DNA from: Acidobacteria bacterium bin61
GTDB taxonomy: Bacteria; Acidobacteriota; Vicinamibacteria; Marinacidobacterales; SMYC01
Assembly: GCA_963578475.1 (NCBI GenBank)
Contig: CAUZCL010000019.1
Coordinates: forward strand, 8,148 to 72,147
Direction: 5' to 3'
Length of the DNA: 64,000 bases
Below the pieces are notes generated by a model. The model worked only from the letters and a program-made list of their open reading frames with translations, did no database searches and was not told the origin of the DNA. The position numbers and the translations under genes are program-made. Below, piece after piece: positions 51,977 through 61,303 of the stretch; position 1 is the stretch's first letter; every line of letters begins with the position of its first letter.

Positions 51977-54900
51977 ATGGCTCTATCCCGGCGACAATTC
52001 TTTCAATCGAGCGCGATCGCGCTCGCGACGACCGCTTTCGGCTTCGACTTGAGCGCGGCGGCGTCGCGCGCGAAAGAGCTCAGGATTGCCCGCACGACCC
52101 AGACCCAGAGCGTCTGTCCTTACTGTGCCGTCGGCTGCGGCGTCATCATCCACACCCTCGGTGACCGCGCGAGCAACGTGAAGCCGACCGTCGTTCACAT
52201 CGAAGGCGACACCGACAGCCCCATCAACCAGGGCACGCTCTGCTCCAAAGGCATTTCGCTTAAACAATATGTCGTCAATGACCGCCGTTTGACCAAGCCT
52301 CTTTATCGCGCGCCCGGCGCCTCGGGGTGGACGGCCATTTCGTGGGACGACGTCATCGAGCGCATGGCGCGCAGGATCAAAGACAGCCGCGACGTGGGCT
52401 TCGAAGCCGAAGACCGCAACGGGCGAACCGTCAATCGCCTCGAGAACATCGCACTCATCGGCGGCTGCACCGACACGAACGAGATCAACTACCTTCTCGG
52501 AAAATTCCGCTTCGGCCTGGGTATCGTTACCTACGAGAACCAGGCCCGGCTCTGACACGGCCCCACGGTGGCCAGTTTGGCCGCCACCTTCGGACGGGGC
52601 GCGATGACGAACGGCTGGACCGACGTTGCCAACACGGACGTCGTCCTCGTCATGGGCGGAAACCCTGCGGAGAACCATCCGGTTGGTTTCCGCTTCGCCA
52701 TGGAGGCCAAAAAGAAACGCCAGGCGAAGATCGTGTGCGTTGATCCGCGGTTCACCCGCACCGCGGCCGTCTCTGATGTCTACGTGCCGCTGCGCTCGGG
52801 TAGCGATATCGCTTTTCTCGCTGGGCTCATCCACTACGCCCTCAGTAACGACCTCTATCACAGGGACTATGTCAAGGCGCACACGAACGCACCGTTTCTC
52901 GTGAGCGAAGGCTTCGGTTTCGAGAACGGCTACTTTACGGGATGGGATGGTGCGTCGAAGAAATACGACAAGTCGAGCTGGCAGTATGAGCTCGGCAACC
53001 AAGGCTATGCGCGCGTCGACACCTCGCTCGATCACCCGCGGTCTGTGTTTCAGCTCTTGAAGCAGCATTATGCCCGCTACACCGCGGAGCGCGTCGCCGA
53101 GATCTGCGGTTGCACTGTGGAAGAGTTCAACCGTGTCGCTGAAGTCGTTTGCTCCACCGGCCGCGCGGGCCGCGCGGGGACGATCCTCTACGCGCTCGGC
53201 TGGACGCAGCACAGCCATTCGGTGCAACTCATCCACGCGGCGGCAATACTGCAGCTTCTTCTCGGCAATATCGGGATGCCCGGCGGAGGTGTGAACGCCC
53301 AGCGCGGCCACTCGAATATCCAGGGTGCGACCGACATGGGTGCGTGGAACATGCTCCCGGGCTACATCAAAGTGCCTCGCGCTGACTGGCAGAGCCTCGA
53401 CGACTATGTCGACGCCAACTCACCGCGGCCGCTTCGTCCCAACGCGCTCAACTATTGGAGCAACACGTCGAAATTTATCGTGAGCCTCCTCAAGGCCTAT
53501 TACGGCGACAAAGCGACGCCCGCGAACGATTTCGCCTACGCAAATCTTCCGAAGGTCGGCGAGAACGACAACTTTGGCTGGGGTTTCTTTTTCGATCGCA
53601 TGTACAAGGGCGAGGTCGAGGGGTTGATCTCGTTCGGGATGAATCCGGTGGCGAACGGTCCCAACTCGCCGAAGATGCTCGCAGCGCTCCGCAAGTTGAA
53701 GTGGATGATCGTCGTCGAGAATTTCGAGACCGAGACCGCCGCGTTCTGGAACGCGAAGAAGCTGGCCGAGGAATATTACGGCGACGCGCCGGACGCTTCC
53801 GAAGTCGACACCGAAGTGTTCTTGCTCCCGGCAGCGTGTTTCGCCGAGAAGGACGGCGCTTTTGTCAACTCGTCCCGCTGGCTTCAGTGGAAGCGCGCGG
53901 CGCTCCCGCCTCCAGGCGACGCGAAGCCGGACCAAGAGATTATCGCCCGCCTCTTCCTCAAGATCCGGGAGTTCTACGAGCAAGAAGGGGGTGCTTCGCC
54001 CGAGCCGCTGATGGACATTGCGTGGAACTACGGCAATGCTGTGTCTCCCGATCTCGAGGAAGTTGCCAAGGAAGTCAACGGCCAAGAGGTCGCGAGCGGC
54101 CAGCAAATTCCGGGCTTCGGCGCGCTCCGGGATGACGGCTCGACCCTTTGCGGCAACTGGCTCTACGCGGGCTCTTTTACCGAGGACGGCAACCAAATGG
54201 CGCGGCGCGGTCAGGAAGATCCGACCGGGCTCGGCGTCCACGCGAACTGGGCGTGGAGCTGGCCGGCCAATCGGCGCGTTCTCTACAACCGCGCTTCCGC
54301 GGATGCGAACGGGAAACCTTGGGATGAAACGCGTGCGGCGATTCGCTGGCAAGGGAATCGCTATGTTGGCGATGTTCCCGATTTCAAAGCCGACGCGCCG
54401 CCCGATGCGTTGGGCTCGTTCATCATGCTGCCCGAGGGGGTCGCGAAGCTCTTTGCGACGGATTTCGTCGAAGGTCCTTTCCCCGAGCATTACGAGCCAG
54501 TGGAGTCTCCCGTCGACAACGCCATGCACCCGGCGGTGGGGGCGAATCCGATGGCGACGATATTCGAAGGCGAGCTCGATCGGCTCGGAACTGTCGAGGA
54601 CTACCCTTATGTCGCGCTTACCTATCGACTGACCGAGCATTTTCATTATTGGACCAAACACGTTACGACCAACTCGCTCTTGCAGTCGAGCTTCTTTGTC
54701 GAGATCCCCGAACCGCTCGCGAAGGAAAAAGGCATTTGTAGTGGCGACCGGGTTCGGGTGACGTCGGCACGCGGCGCAGCCGAGGGTCCGGCGATGGTGA
54801 CGAAACGCATCCGTCCACTAAAAGCCGGAGGGCGCACGATTTACCAAGTAGGGCTTCCGATCCATTGGGGCTATCTCGGCCGGACGAAAGGTCCTCTCGT

Positions 54901-54991
54901 CAATAACCTGACGCCGTCGGTCTTGGACCCCAACTCAGGAACGCCGGAGTACAAAGGATTTCTCGTCAACCTTGAGAAAGCGAAGGTCTAA
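51977..54991 (+). CDS. fdnG: Formate dehydrogenase-N/O alpha subunit, selenocysteine-containing (UGA at 52553-52555)
   Basis: Tat SRRQFF, CPYCAVGCG; NQARL-TGA-HGPTVASLAATFGRGAMTN matches the FdnG Sec site and joins the two track ORFs in frame. Confidence 0.96.
52556..52600 (+). promoter_or_regulatory. Bacterial SECIS element
   Basis: GGTGGCCA-GTT-TGGCCGCC hairpin (52567-52585) follows the UGA after an 11-nt spacer; lower stem GCCCC/GGGGC. Confidence 0.88.
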
Positions 54992-55782
54992 TGGTCACCG
55001 TCGCCAAGCTGATCGACACCACGACCTGCATCGGCTGCAAGGCGTGTGAAGCGGCCTGCCAGGAGTGGAACGAGCAAGGCCTCACCGCCGGAAGCTTCGA
55101 GGGCTCTTATCAGACCTTTCCCACGACGCGTCACGATTTCTGGAACGTGATCCAGTTCAACGAGATCGAGCACGAGGACGGAACTCTGTCTTGGCTCATG
55201 GCGAAGTTCCAGTGCTTGCATTGCGTCGATGCTGGTTGTCTCACCGCTTGTCCCGCGCCGGGTGCTATCTTCCGCCACGAGAACGGCACCGTCGATATCG
55301 ACGAGGATAAGTGCATCGGCTGCGGCTACTGCATCACCGGCTGTCCTTTCGACGTACCCAAGCTGAATCCGGTGACGCGCAAGGCATACAAGTGCAACTT
55401 GTGCTCCGACCGGACGGCCGTTGGCCTCGAGCCTGCCTGCATCAAAGCTTGCCCGACGAATTGTTTGACCTTCGGCGAGCGCAGTGATCTGGTTCAAATC
55501 GCGAACGATCGCGCCGAGGAGCTGCGCGCGCGCGGGAGCGAAAAAGCCGGTGTCTACAATCCCGCGGGGGTGGGGGGGACGAACGTCATCTATGTGCTCG
55601 GCGACGCCTCGAACCCCGAAGATTATGGCCTCCCGAACGATCCGGTCGTGCCCTTGACGGTGCGCCTCTGGAAAGGCCCGCTCAAGTGGCTCGGCAACAC
55701 GTTGTTGGTGGGCGGCGTGCTGGGAGCCTTTCTGCACTACGTTCGCTTCGGCCCGAAGACCTATGAAGAGAAAGCGCCATGA
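54991..55782 (+). CDS. fdnH: Formate dehydrogenase iron-sulfur beta subunit
   Basis: CIGCKACEAAC, CLHC..GC...CP, CIGCGYCITGCP, KCNLC..PACIKACP; C-terminal TM. Confidence 0.95.
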   Translation: MVTVAKLIDTTTCIGCKACEAACQEWNEQGLTAGSFEGSYQTFPTTRHDFWNVIQFNEIEHEDGTLSWLMAKFQCLHCVDAGCLTACPAPGAIFRHENGTVDIDEDKCIGCGYCITGCPFDVPKLNPVTRKAYKCNLCSDRTAVGLEPACIKACPTNCLTFGERSDLVQIANDRAEELRARGSEKAGVYNPAGVGGTNVIYVLGDASNPEDYGLPNDPVVPLTVRLWKGPLKWLGNTLLVGGVLGAFLHYVRFGPKTYEEKAP

Positions 55783-56396
55783 GCGACGCGAGCCAAAAGC
55801 TGGTGCGCTTCTCCTTCGCGGAACGGGCGAGGCACTGGATGGCGGCGCTCAGCTTTGTTTATGCCGCGCTCTCGGGTCTCGCTCTTTGGTCGCCCCATCT
55901 CTTCTGGCTTTCGAGTGTTCTGGGCGGCGGCGAGACCGTGCGGCGCTGGCATCCGTGGGGCGGGGTCCTATTTGGTGTAGCGCTCGGGCTCATGTTCAGA
56001 AACTGGGCCCGCGAAATGAAGCTGGATGCCGACGACAAGGTGTGGCTGAAGAGCGCGCACAAATATGCCGTCCACGACGAGGAGGGTCTTCCCGAGCCTG
56101 GGAGGTTCAACGCTGGGCAGAAGATGCTCTTTTGGTTGCAGTCCCTGGCCGTTACCGTGCTCATCGCCACCGGGGTCGTCCTCTGGTTCCCCGAGGCGAT
56201 GCCGCGCGCCCTCCCGCTCACCGCGATCCTCGTCCATCCGGCGGTCGCCGTACTGTCCATCGGCGGAATCATCGTCCACATCTATATGGGGACGGCTGCC
56301 GTCCCCGGAGCGTTGCGTGGCATGATTCAAGGCTGGGTGCGGCCCGGTTGGGCGGCGTCGCACCATCCCAAGTGGTATCGGGATATCTCGAAATGA
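55779..56396 (+). CDS. fdnI: Formate dehydrogenase cytochrome b556 gamma subunit
   Basis: RF...ER..HW, GRFNAGQK, VHIYMG, WAASHHPKWY. Confidence 0.94.
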   Translation: MSDASQKLVRFSFAERARHWMAALSFVYAALSGLALWSPHLFWLSSVLGGGETVRRWHPWGGVLFGVALGLMFRNWAREMKLDADDKVWLKSAHKYAVHDEEGLPEPGRFNAGQKMLFWLQSLAVTVLIATGVVLWFPEAMPRALPLTAILVHPAVAVLSIGGIIVHIYMGTAAVPGALRGMIQGWVRPGWAASHHPKWYRDISK

Positions 56397-56403
56397 TGGC
56401 TCT

Positions 56404-56814
56404 ATGAAAGCCTCGCTCATTTCAGGCGTTTCGACAACGCAAAAGATTACCGTCGACGAGCCTCGCACGATCGCATTTCTCGGGAAAGAAGGTCGCATCT
56501 ACTCGACGCCTTCGATGGTGCGCGACGTGGAATACACCGCCCTGCAGCTCGTGGGCGAGCATCTCGACGAAGGCGAGAGCTCGGTTGGGACGCATGTCTC
56601 GATGGACCATCTCGGCGCGACACCTCTCGGCGCGTGGGTCGAAGTTCAGCTCACGGTGACCGATGTCGACTGCCGGAAGGTCACGCTCGAGGCCGAAGTG
56701 CGAGACAGCGTGGAAGTCGTTGGCCGTGGCCGGCATATCCGCTTCGTGATCGACGTCGAGCGGCACAAAAAACGGCTCCAGGCGAAGCTCCAGGAGCTGT
56801 CGGGTTGGCGTTAG
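56404..56814 (+). CDS. Hotdog-fold thioesterase (fluoroacetyl-CoA thioesterase FlK-like)
   Basis: YSTPSMV..VE, SVGT.V..DHLGATP.G, G.G.H.RFVID. Confidence 0.85.
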   Translation: MKASLISGVSTTQKITVDEPRTIAFLGKEGRIYSTPSMVRDVEYTALQLVGEHLDEGESSVGTHVSMDHLGATPLGAWVEVQLTVTDVDCRKVTLEAEVRDSVEVVGRGRHIRFVIDVERHKKRLQAKLQELSGWR

Positions 56815-56876
56815 CGAAACGGAGGCGTCTGTTCTATGATACCGGCTTCTTAGCGATCTACCCCGCCAGATGGAGG

Positions 56877-57455
56877 ATGACTACTTTGCGATTTCGAAAA
56901 TATCTCATTTCCGCAGCAGCGAGCCTGCTCGTGCCTTGTTTAGCACTTGCCCAGGACGAGGACACCAGCTCCGAGGACGCGACCTACGCCCTCATTGATG
57001 CCGTCATCGACGCCGATACCCGTGAGGTCCGGAACCAACTGGGCGAAGGTGCCGACGCCAGCGTGAAGACGGATGAGGGACTCCCGGTCGTGGGCTATGC
57101 CGCCATGAAGGGTGAGGCCGACATCGTCGCCGCGCTCGGCGAGGCAGGAGCGGATCTCGAAGGTCAGGACAAGACTGGGGCCACAGCGCTGATGTATGCC
57201 GCCCAGTTCAATCATAACGAGATCGTCACCGCCCTCATCGAGGCTAGCGCCAGCGTGAACGCGGCCGACAATCTTGGTTGGACGCCGCTCATGCGTGCGG
57301 TCATCGGCGGGAATCTCGACGCCGTTACCGCGCTCATGGAAGCCGGCGCGGACGTGAACGCGACCGACTTTTTCGGCCGTTCTGCCGTTCGCATCGCGGA
57401 AGGCCGCGATCTCGACGAGATCGTCGGCGCGCTCAACGGCACACCCGACTCCTGA
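56877..57455 (+). CDS. Secreted ankyrin repeat protein
   Basis: GGAGG RBS, signal peptide, GATALMYAA, GWTPLMRAV, AGADVNA. Confidence 0.88.
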   Translation: MTTLRFRKYLISAAASLLVPCLALAQDEDTSSEDATYALIDAVIDADTREVRNQLGEGADASVKTDEGLPVVGYAAMKGEADIVAALGEAGADLEGQDKTGATALMYAAQFNHNEIVTALIEASASVNAADNLGWTPLMRAVIGGNLDAVTALMEAGADVNATDFFGRSAVRIAEGRDLDEIVGALNGTPDS

Positions 57456-57522
57456 GCGACGACGATTTGTAGCTAGCTTGCGACGGGTGGCCCGAAGTCC
57501 GGCGCGAGCTTGTCTGGGCGTA

Positions 57523-57635
57523 TTCTGGAGTCTTGACGCCAAAAGCGTTGGGAGCTTCTTTGTGCTGTGGCCGCCGTGAGCATGAACGGAGGGTTCTCGA
57601 GTCTTGACTCCGGAAGCGTTTGAGCTTCTTTGTGC
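57523..57635 (+). repeat. Imperfect ~42-bp direct repeat covering the fdhE start
   Basis: TTCTGGAGTCTTGACGCCAAAAGCGTTGGGAGCTTCTTTGTGC versus TTCTCGAGTCTTGACTCCGGAAGCGTTTGAGCTTCTTTGTGC. Confidence 0.8.
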
Positions 57636-58257
57636 AAGGCGAGCCCAACGTGCGCTGATGCTCGCCGAGCGCTATCTCGAATCCCGCCAGGCTCTGACGT
57701 TCTACGGAGCCGTCGCCTCATTTCAACGCGCGACAGGCAGTTTCGAGGACCTCAGAACGCTTGCCGTAGAGCAAGGCCCAGCCGTGCTCGCGCGCGCCTC
57801 TTGGGAGCTCGACGAGACGACTTGCGAGGAGGCGATGGACGCCTATCTATCCGGCGCCGACCGCACTTCCCCCCGTGCTTTTTTCGCCCGGGTACTTCTG
57901 CAACGTGACCAGAGGTGCATGCAGGGTTCTCACCTGGCTCAGCTGGGTGTCATCGTCGCTCAAGGAGACGGCACGGCCCTCGAGCTGCAATGTGCGCTCT
58001 GTTTCGAAGTGTGGCGCCATGGAAAAGACCTCTGCCACGCCTGTGGTGAAAGAGGGCTTGGACACTACGCCGCCCCGGAGCTCGCGCACCTGGAAGTCCA
58101 GGCATGCGAATCCTGCGGGATCTATTTGAATCTCGTCCACCAGGAAAAGGACCCCGAAGCGGTTCCGGATGTCGACGAAATCGCTGCATTGCCACTTGAT
58201 ATTTGGGCGAAAGAGAAAGGCTTTCGTAAGCCCATCCCGAATCTCATCGGGATGTAG
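57604..58257 (+). CDS. fdhE: Formate dehydrogenase accessory protein FdhE
   Basis: CALC..W...CHACGE, ACESCGIYL, PDVDEIAALPLDIWA..KGF....NL. Confidence 0.88.
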   Translation: MTPEAFELLCARRAQRALMLAERYLESRQALTFYGAVASFQRATGSFEDLRTLAVEQGPAVLARASWELDETTCEEAMDAYLSGADRTSPRAFFARVLLQRDQRCMQGSHLAQLGVIVAQGDGTALELQCALCFEVWRHGKDLCHACGERGLGHYAAPELAHLEVQACESCGIYLNLVHQEKDPEAVPDVDEIAALPLDIWAKEKGFRKPIPNLIGM

Positions 58258-58258
58258 A

Positions 58259-59032
58259 CTAGCTTTTGGTCTGGAGTTTGAAGTCGACTTCAACGTCCGC
58301 GAGCACGTTGATGGGGGCGCCGTCTACACTAGCGGCCTTGAACTTCCACGTCCTCACGGCGGCGATCGCGGCGCCGTCGAGCCCCTTGTCAAGTCTCTGG
58401 TGAAGGCGTATGGCCCCGATTGAGCCGTCCTTGCGAATGATGACCCTCAAAATGACGCGTCCCTCGATGCCGCGGTTGAACGCGCTCTGCGTGTAGAGAG
58501 GCGGTGTGTCTTTGACGACCTCTGGCAGGATGAGAAGCTCTGTCTCGAGGGTGACGGGTCTCTCGGTGATAAAAATTCGAGCTCCACTCGGCTGGCTCGC
58601 AATGAGAAGGATCTGTGCGAGATAGGTCCGCCGGCGCTCTTTCGCCCAGTCGAGAGCCGTTTGCCCACGCCGGTCCACGATTGTGGTGTCCGCACCCGCC
58701 ATCAACATCAGCCGGGCCGCATCCACGCGACCTCTTTTGACCGCTATGATGAGCGCCGTCTCGCCGCCGTTGTTCTGAAGGTCGAGGTTCGCTTGTGCCT
58801 TCGTGAGCAACGTTATGAGCTCAGGCTTGTTTCTACGGGCCGCATACATGAGCGCCGTGTACCCGTCTCGATCCGCCGCATCAGGGTCCACAATCGGGTT
58901 TCCAAGCAGAAGCCGAGCTTCTTCATAGTCGCCGTCGCGAACCTCTTTCCGAAGCGCCTCGTCAAGGTCCTGCCCCTGCCCAAGCCCCACAAACCCCAGC
59001 AAAAGAAGCCCGACCCAAATCTTGTGAACCAT
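58259..59032 (-). CDS. Ankyrin repeat / TonB C-terminal domain fusion protein
   Basis: Signal peptide, GYTALMYAA/GETALIIA/GQTALDWA, then PLYT..A..RGIEGRVIL....DG...LD.AAI.AVRTWKF. Confidence 0.87.
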   Translation of the reverse strand: MVHKIWVGLLLLGFVGLGQGQDLDEALRKEVRDGDYEEARLLLGNPIVDPDAADRDGYTALMYAARRNKPELITLLTKAQANLDLQNNGGETALIIAVKRGRVDAARLMLMAGADTTIVDRRGQTALDWAKERRRTYLAQILLIASQPSGARIFITERPVTLETELLILPEVVKDTPPLYTQSAFNRGIEGRVILRVIIRKDGSIGAIRLHQRLDKGLDGAAIAAVRTWKFKAASVDGAPINVLADVEVDFKLQTKS

Positions 59033-59096
59033 CCCCCCGAGTCTAGCACGAAGCCCAAACCCGCCTTTGCAGCGGTGTAGGGATCTTAAGAGCTAC

Positions 59097-59203
59097 GGGA
59101 TGTGGGGGTATGGGCATAAGGGGTGTTTTGTTTTTATCCCCACCTCCCCACCTCCCCTTGCTTTTCTTGTGGGTTGTCAAAAGTTGAGGGATATGGGGAT
59201 AGG
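59097..59203. repeat. Intergenic inverted-repeat element (TATCCCCAC family), copy 2
   Basis: TTATCCCCACCTCCCCACCTCCCC flanked by GGGATGTGGGGGTATGGG and GGGATATGGGGATAGG. Confidence 0.65.
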
Positions 59204-59278
59204 ACGGGTTTTTTGCTCTTGTCTTCACTCGGCTCGTCCCCGCCTCTCTTTGGCGCTGCCGCGGTCTGCTTTGGCGCT

Positions 59279-61303
59279 TTAGTTGAAGTGGATGGCTCGT
59301 ACTCGGGCTGCGAGACGCCGCGGATCGTGCTCGGAGGCCCGCCTGAGCTCGGACCACCGGAGGCTCAGGCGCTCTACACCAACGCTCTCCGGAGGGAGGT
59401 CGATGCGGAGCTCTTGCCAGCCGGGCATGAGCGTAAGACGGGCGAGCGCTTTCCCGTCGAGCGACATCGAGACCGTTTGAGCTGTCCCTTGAAGAGGGGC
59501 TATTGAGAGCACCAAGGTTCGCGTCGACGGCGGGCGGCGGAACAATAGCGTGGAGCGCGTGCGGTGCGCCCACCGGAACCAGTATGAGTCTTCCCGCTCG
59601 GAGAGCATCCAGCCGCTCTCAAAGTGCTGGCGTGAGCTCGGGGCGCCTGCCTCGATGTGCACGGGGTCGGGCGGGAGCGCCTCGCGCCGGGTCTTTAAGA
59701 CGATAATCCCGGAATCCTCGTAGAAGGTATCGACAGGAAGCACGTCTTCGACGAAAGACACGACGCCGCGTTTCGCGTAGGCCTTGTCGATCACGAAATA
59801 GCCCAGACCCAAAAAGCGAGCGACATGGGGCGCCGCGTCACGCTCCCGCTCGAGGAGCTCCTCGGTGAGCGCGATACGTCCTTTCCGCAGATCGATGAGC
59901 GGGCGCACGAGCGGAAGCCCGAGATAGTACTCGCTCTTCTCCCGTGGCACGCGCGCCGCCGTGCCGACAAAAATAGGCTTTCCGTGGGTGCGCTGGTGGT
60001 CCATGATCTCGGGCGGGGACTGTTCGATGCCGGGAATCTCCACGACGGTGGCGTCGCTCGCGTCTCGCGCTAGCTCGGCGTACACCTCATGGGTCTCGGC
60101 GCGAAAAAGAGGCGTTGGGATTGCCAAATATTCCGCCACAAGAACGAGGGCAGCGAGCGCGGTCGGCCATCGTTTCTTGGGTGACCAGCGAAGCGCCATC
60201 ATCATCGCCAGCGAAAGCATCATCATGATGGTGAAGCGCGAAGGTGCGCGCAGGTTCTCGAGGAGCGGTGTTTTGCTGATGAGCCAAAACGGCAGCGGTA
60301 GGCCGGTATCGGCCCCGGCGATATGAAGCGAGCTTCCTAGGCTCAGGACGAAGAAGAAAAGCGCCGCCAAAGCCCAGAAGCGATGCCTCCACCCGAGCGC
60401 GGCGAGGACGAGCAGCAAGAAGCCTGGAAAGACGGTCGTCTCCGTCAAGTTGTCGGCAAAAGCCCGCGCGCCAAAAATCGTCTGCTGCGGCGGCGGGACG
60501 ACGAAGGCGGCGATGTCGGCGACGTAGCGATCCGCGCCGGGATAGGGTGGGTAGCTCCAATCGGACAAGTCAGAGAAAGCTTGCAAGAGAAGAGGTGCCA
60601 TGAGTGCCAGGACGACGAGACCCACGACGAGAACACGAGCCAGGAGTGCCTGTTCGCGACGATAGCCGAGCCATAGCAGCGTGAAGAGGCCGAGGAAGAC
60701 GAGATAGGAGAGCGCCGTATAACCGCACAGAGCCGCCACCAATCCCGTGAGCGCGGCGAGCGGCCAGTATTGGCGCGGTCTTTCGCATAGCTCGATTAGC
60801 AGCAAGACATAAAGCGGGATCCACTCTGTTCCAAGGAGGTCGTAATGTCCCGCGAGGCGCGCGAGCCGGTACGGACAAAACGCGAACGCGATGCCGGCGA
60901 GAAAGGCACCTCCCTGGGTGGCTCCGACCCGACGCGCCAGCGCGTAGGTCGCGAGCGCGGAAGCGACGAACGTCCAGAGGATGAGGAGGTTCGGGGCTCT
61001 GACCGGTCCCACGAGCTTCTCGAGCGGCGCCACGAGCAGACCTTGCAACGACGCAAGCGTGTGGAGCGAGAGGCCGATACCCACGGGATAAAAAATCTGC
61101 TTGGTCTCGAAAGGACTCGTGCCGAGCTCGAAGAGGGCTTTTTCGACCCACCAATAGTTCCAGAGATAGGCTTTGGCGTCCCCGCCGACTTCGCCGACGT
61201 GATGGGTTCCGAAATGAGAGGCGAGCGGATAGGTGAAGACGAGGGCTAGAGCGAGGTAGGCGAGAGCCAGAAGACAAGCCCGGAGGGCTCGCCTCGACGT
61301 CAC
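59279..61303 (-). CDS. Polytopic membrane protein, GT-C/YfhO-like glycosyltransferase
   Basis: GD...YLWNYWW, IFYP.G..L..HT, AFAFCPYR..R..GH, LRAPSRF; many TM segments. Confidence 0.72.
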   Translation of the reverse strand: MTSRRALRACLLALAYLALALVFTYPLASHFGTHHVGEVGGDAKAYLWNYWWVEKALFELGTSPFETKQIFYPVGIGLSLHTLASLQGLLVAPLEKLVGPVRAPNLLILWTFVASALATYALARRVGATQGGAFLAGIAFAFCPYRLARLAGHYDLLGTEWIPLYVLLLIELCERPRQYWPLAALTGLVAALCGYTALSYLVFLGLFTLLWLGYRREQALLARVLVVGLVVLALMAPLLLQAFSDLSDWSYPPYPGADRYVADIAAFVVPPPQQTIFGARAFADNLTETTVFPGFLLLVLAALGWRHRFWALAALFFFVLSLGSSLHIAGADTGLPLPFWLISKTPLLENLRAPSRFTIMMMLSLAMMMALRWSPKKRWPTALAALVLVAEYLAIPTPLFRAETHEVYAELARDASDATVVEIPGIEQSPPEIMDHQRTHGKPIFVGTAARVPREKSEYYLGLPLVRPLIDLRKGRIALTEELLERERDAAPHVARFLGLGYFVIDKAYAKRGVVSFVEDVLPVDTFYEDSGIIVLKTRREALPPDPVHIEAGAPSSRQHFESGWMLSEREDSYWFRWAHRTRSTLLFRRPPSTRTLVLSIAPLQGTAQTVSMSLDGKALARLTLMPGWQELRIDLPPESVGVERLSLRWSELRRASEHDPRRLAARVRAIHFN

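Noticed and set aside
57523-57635. Repeat-spacer-repeat resembling a mini CRISPR array
   Set aside because: Only two diverged copies, one of them fdhE coding sequence; no cas genes or leader.
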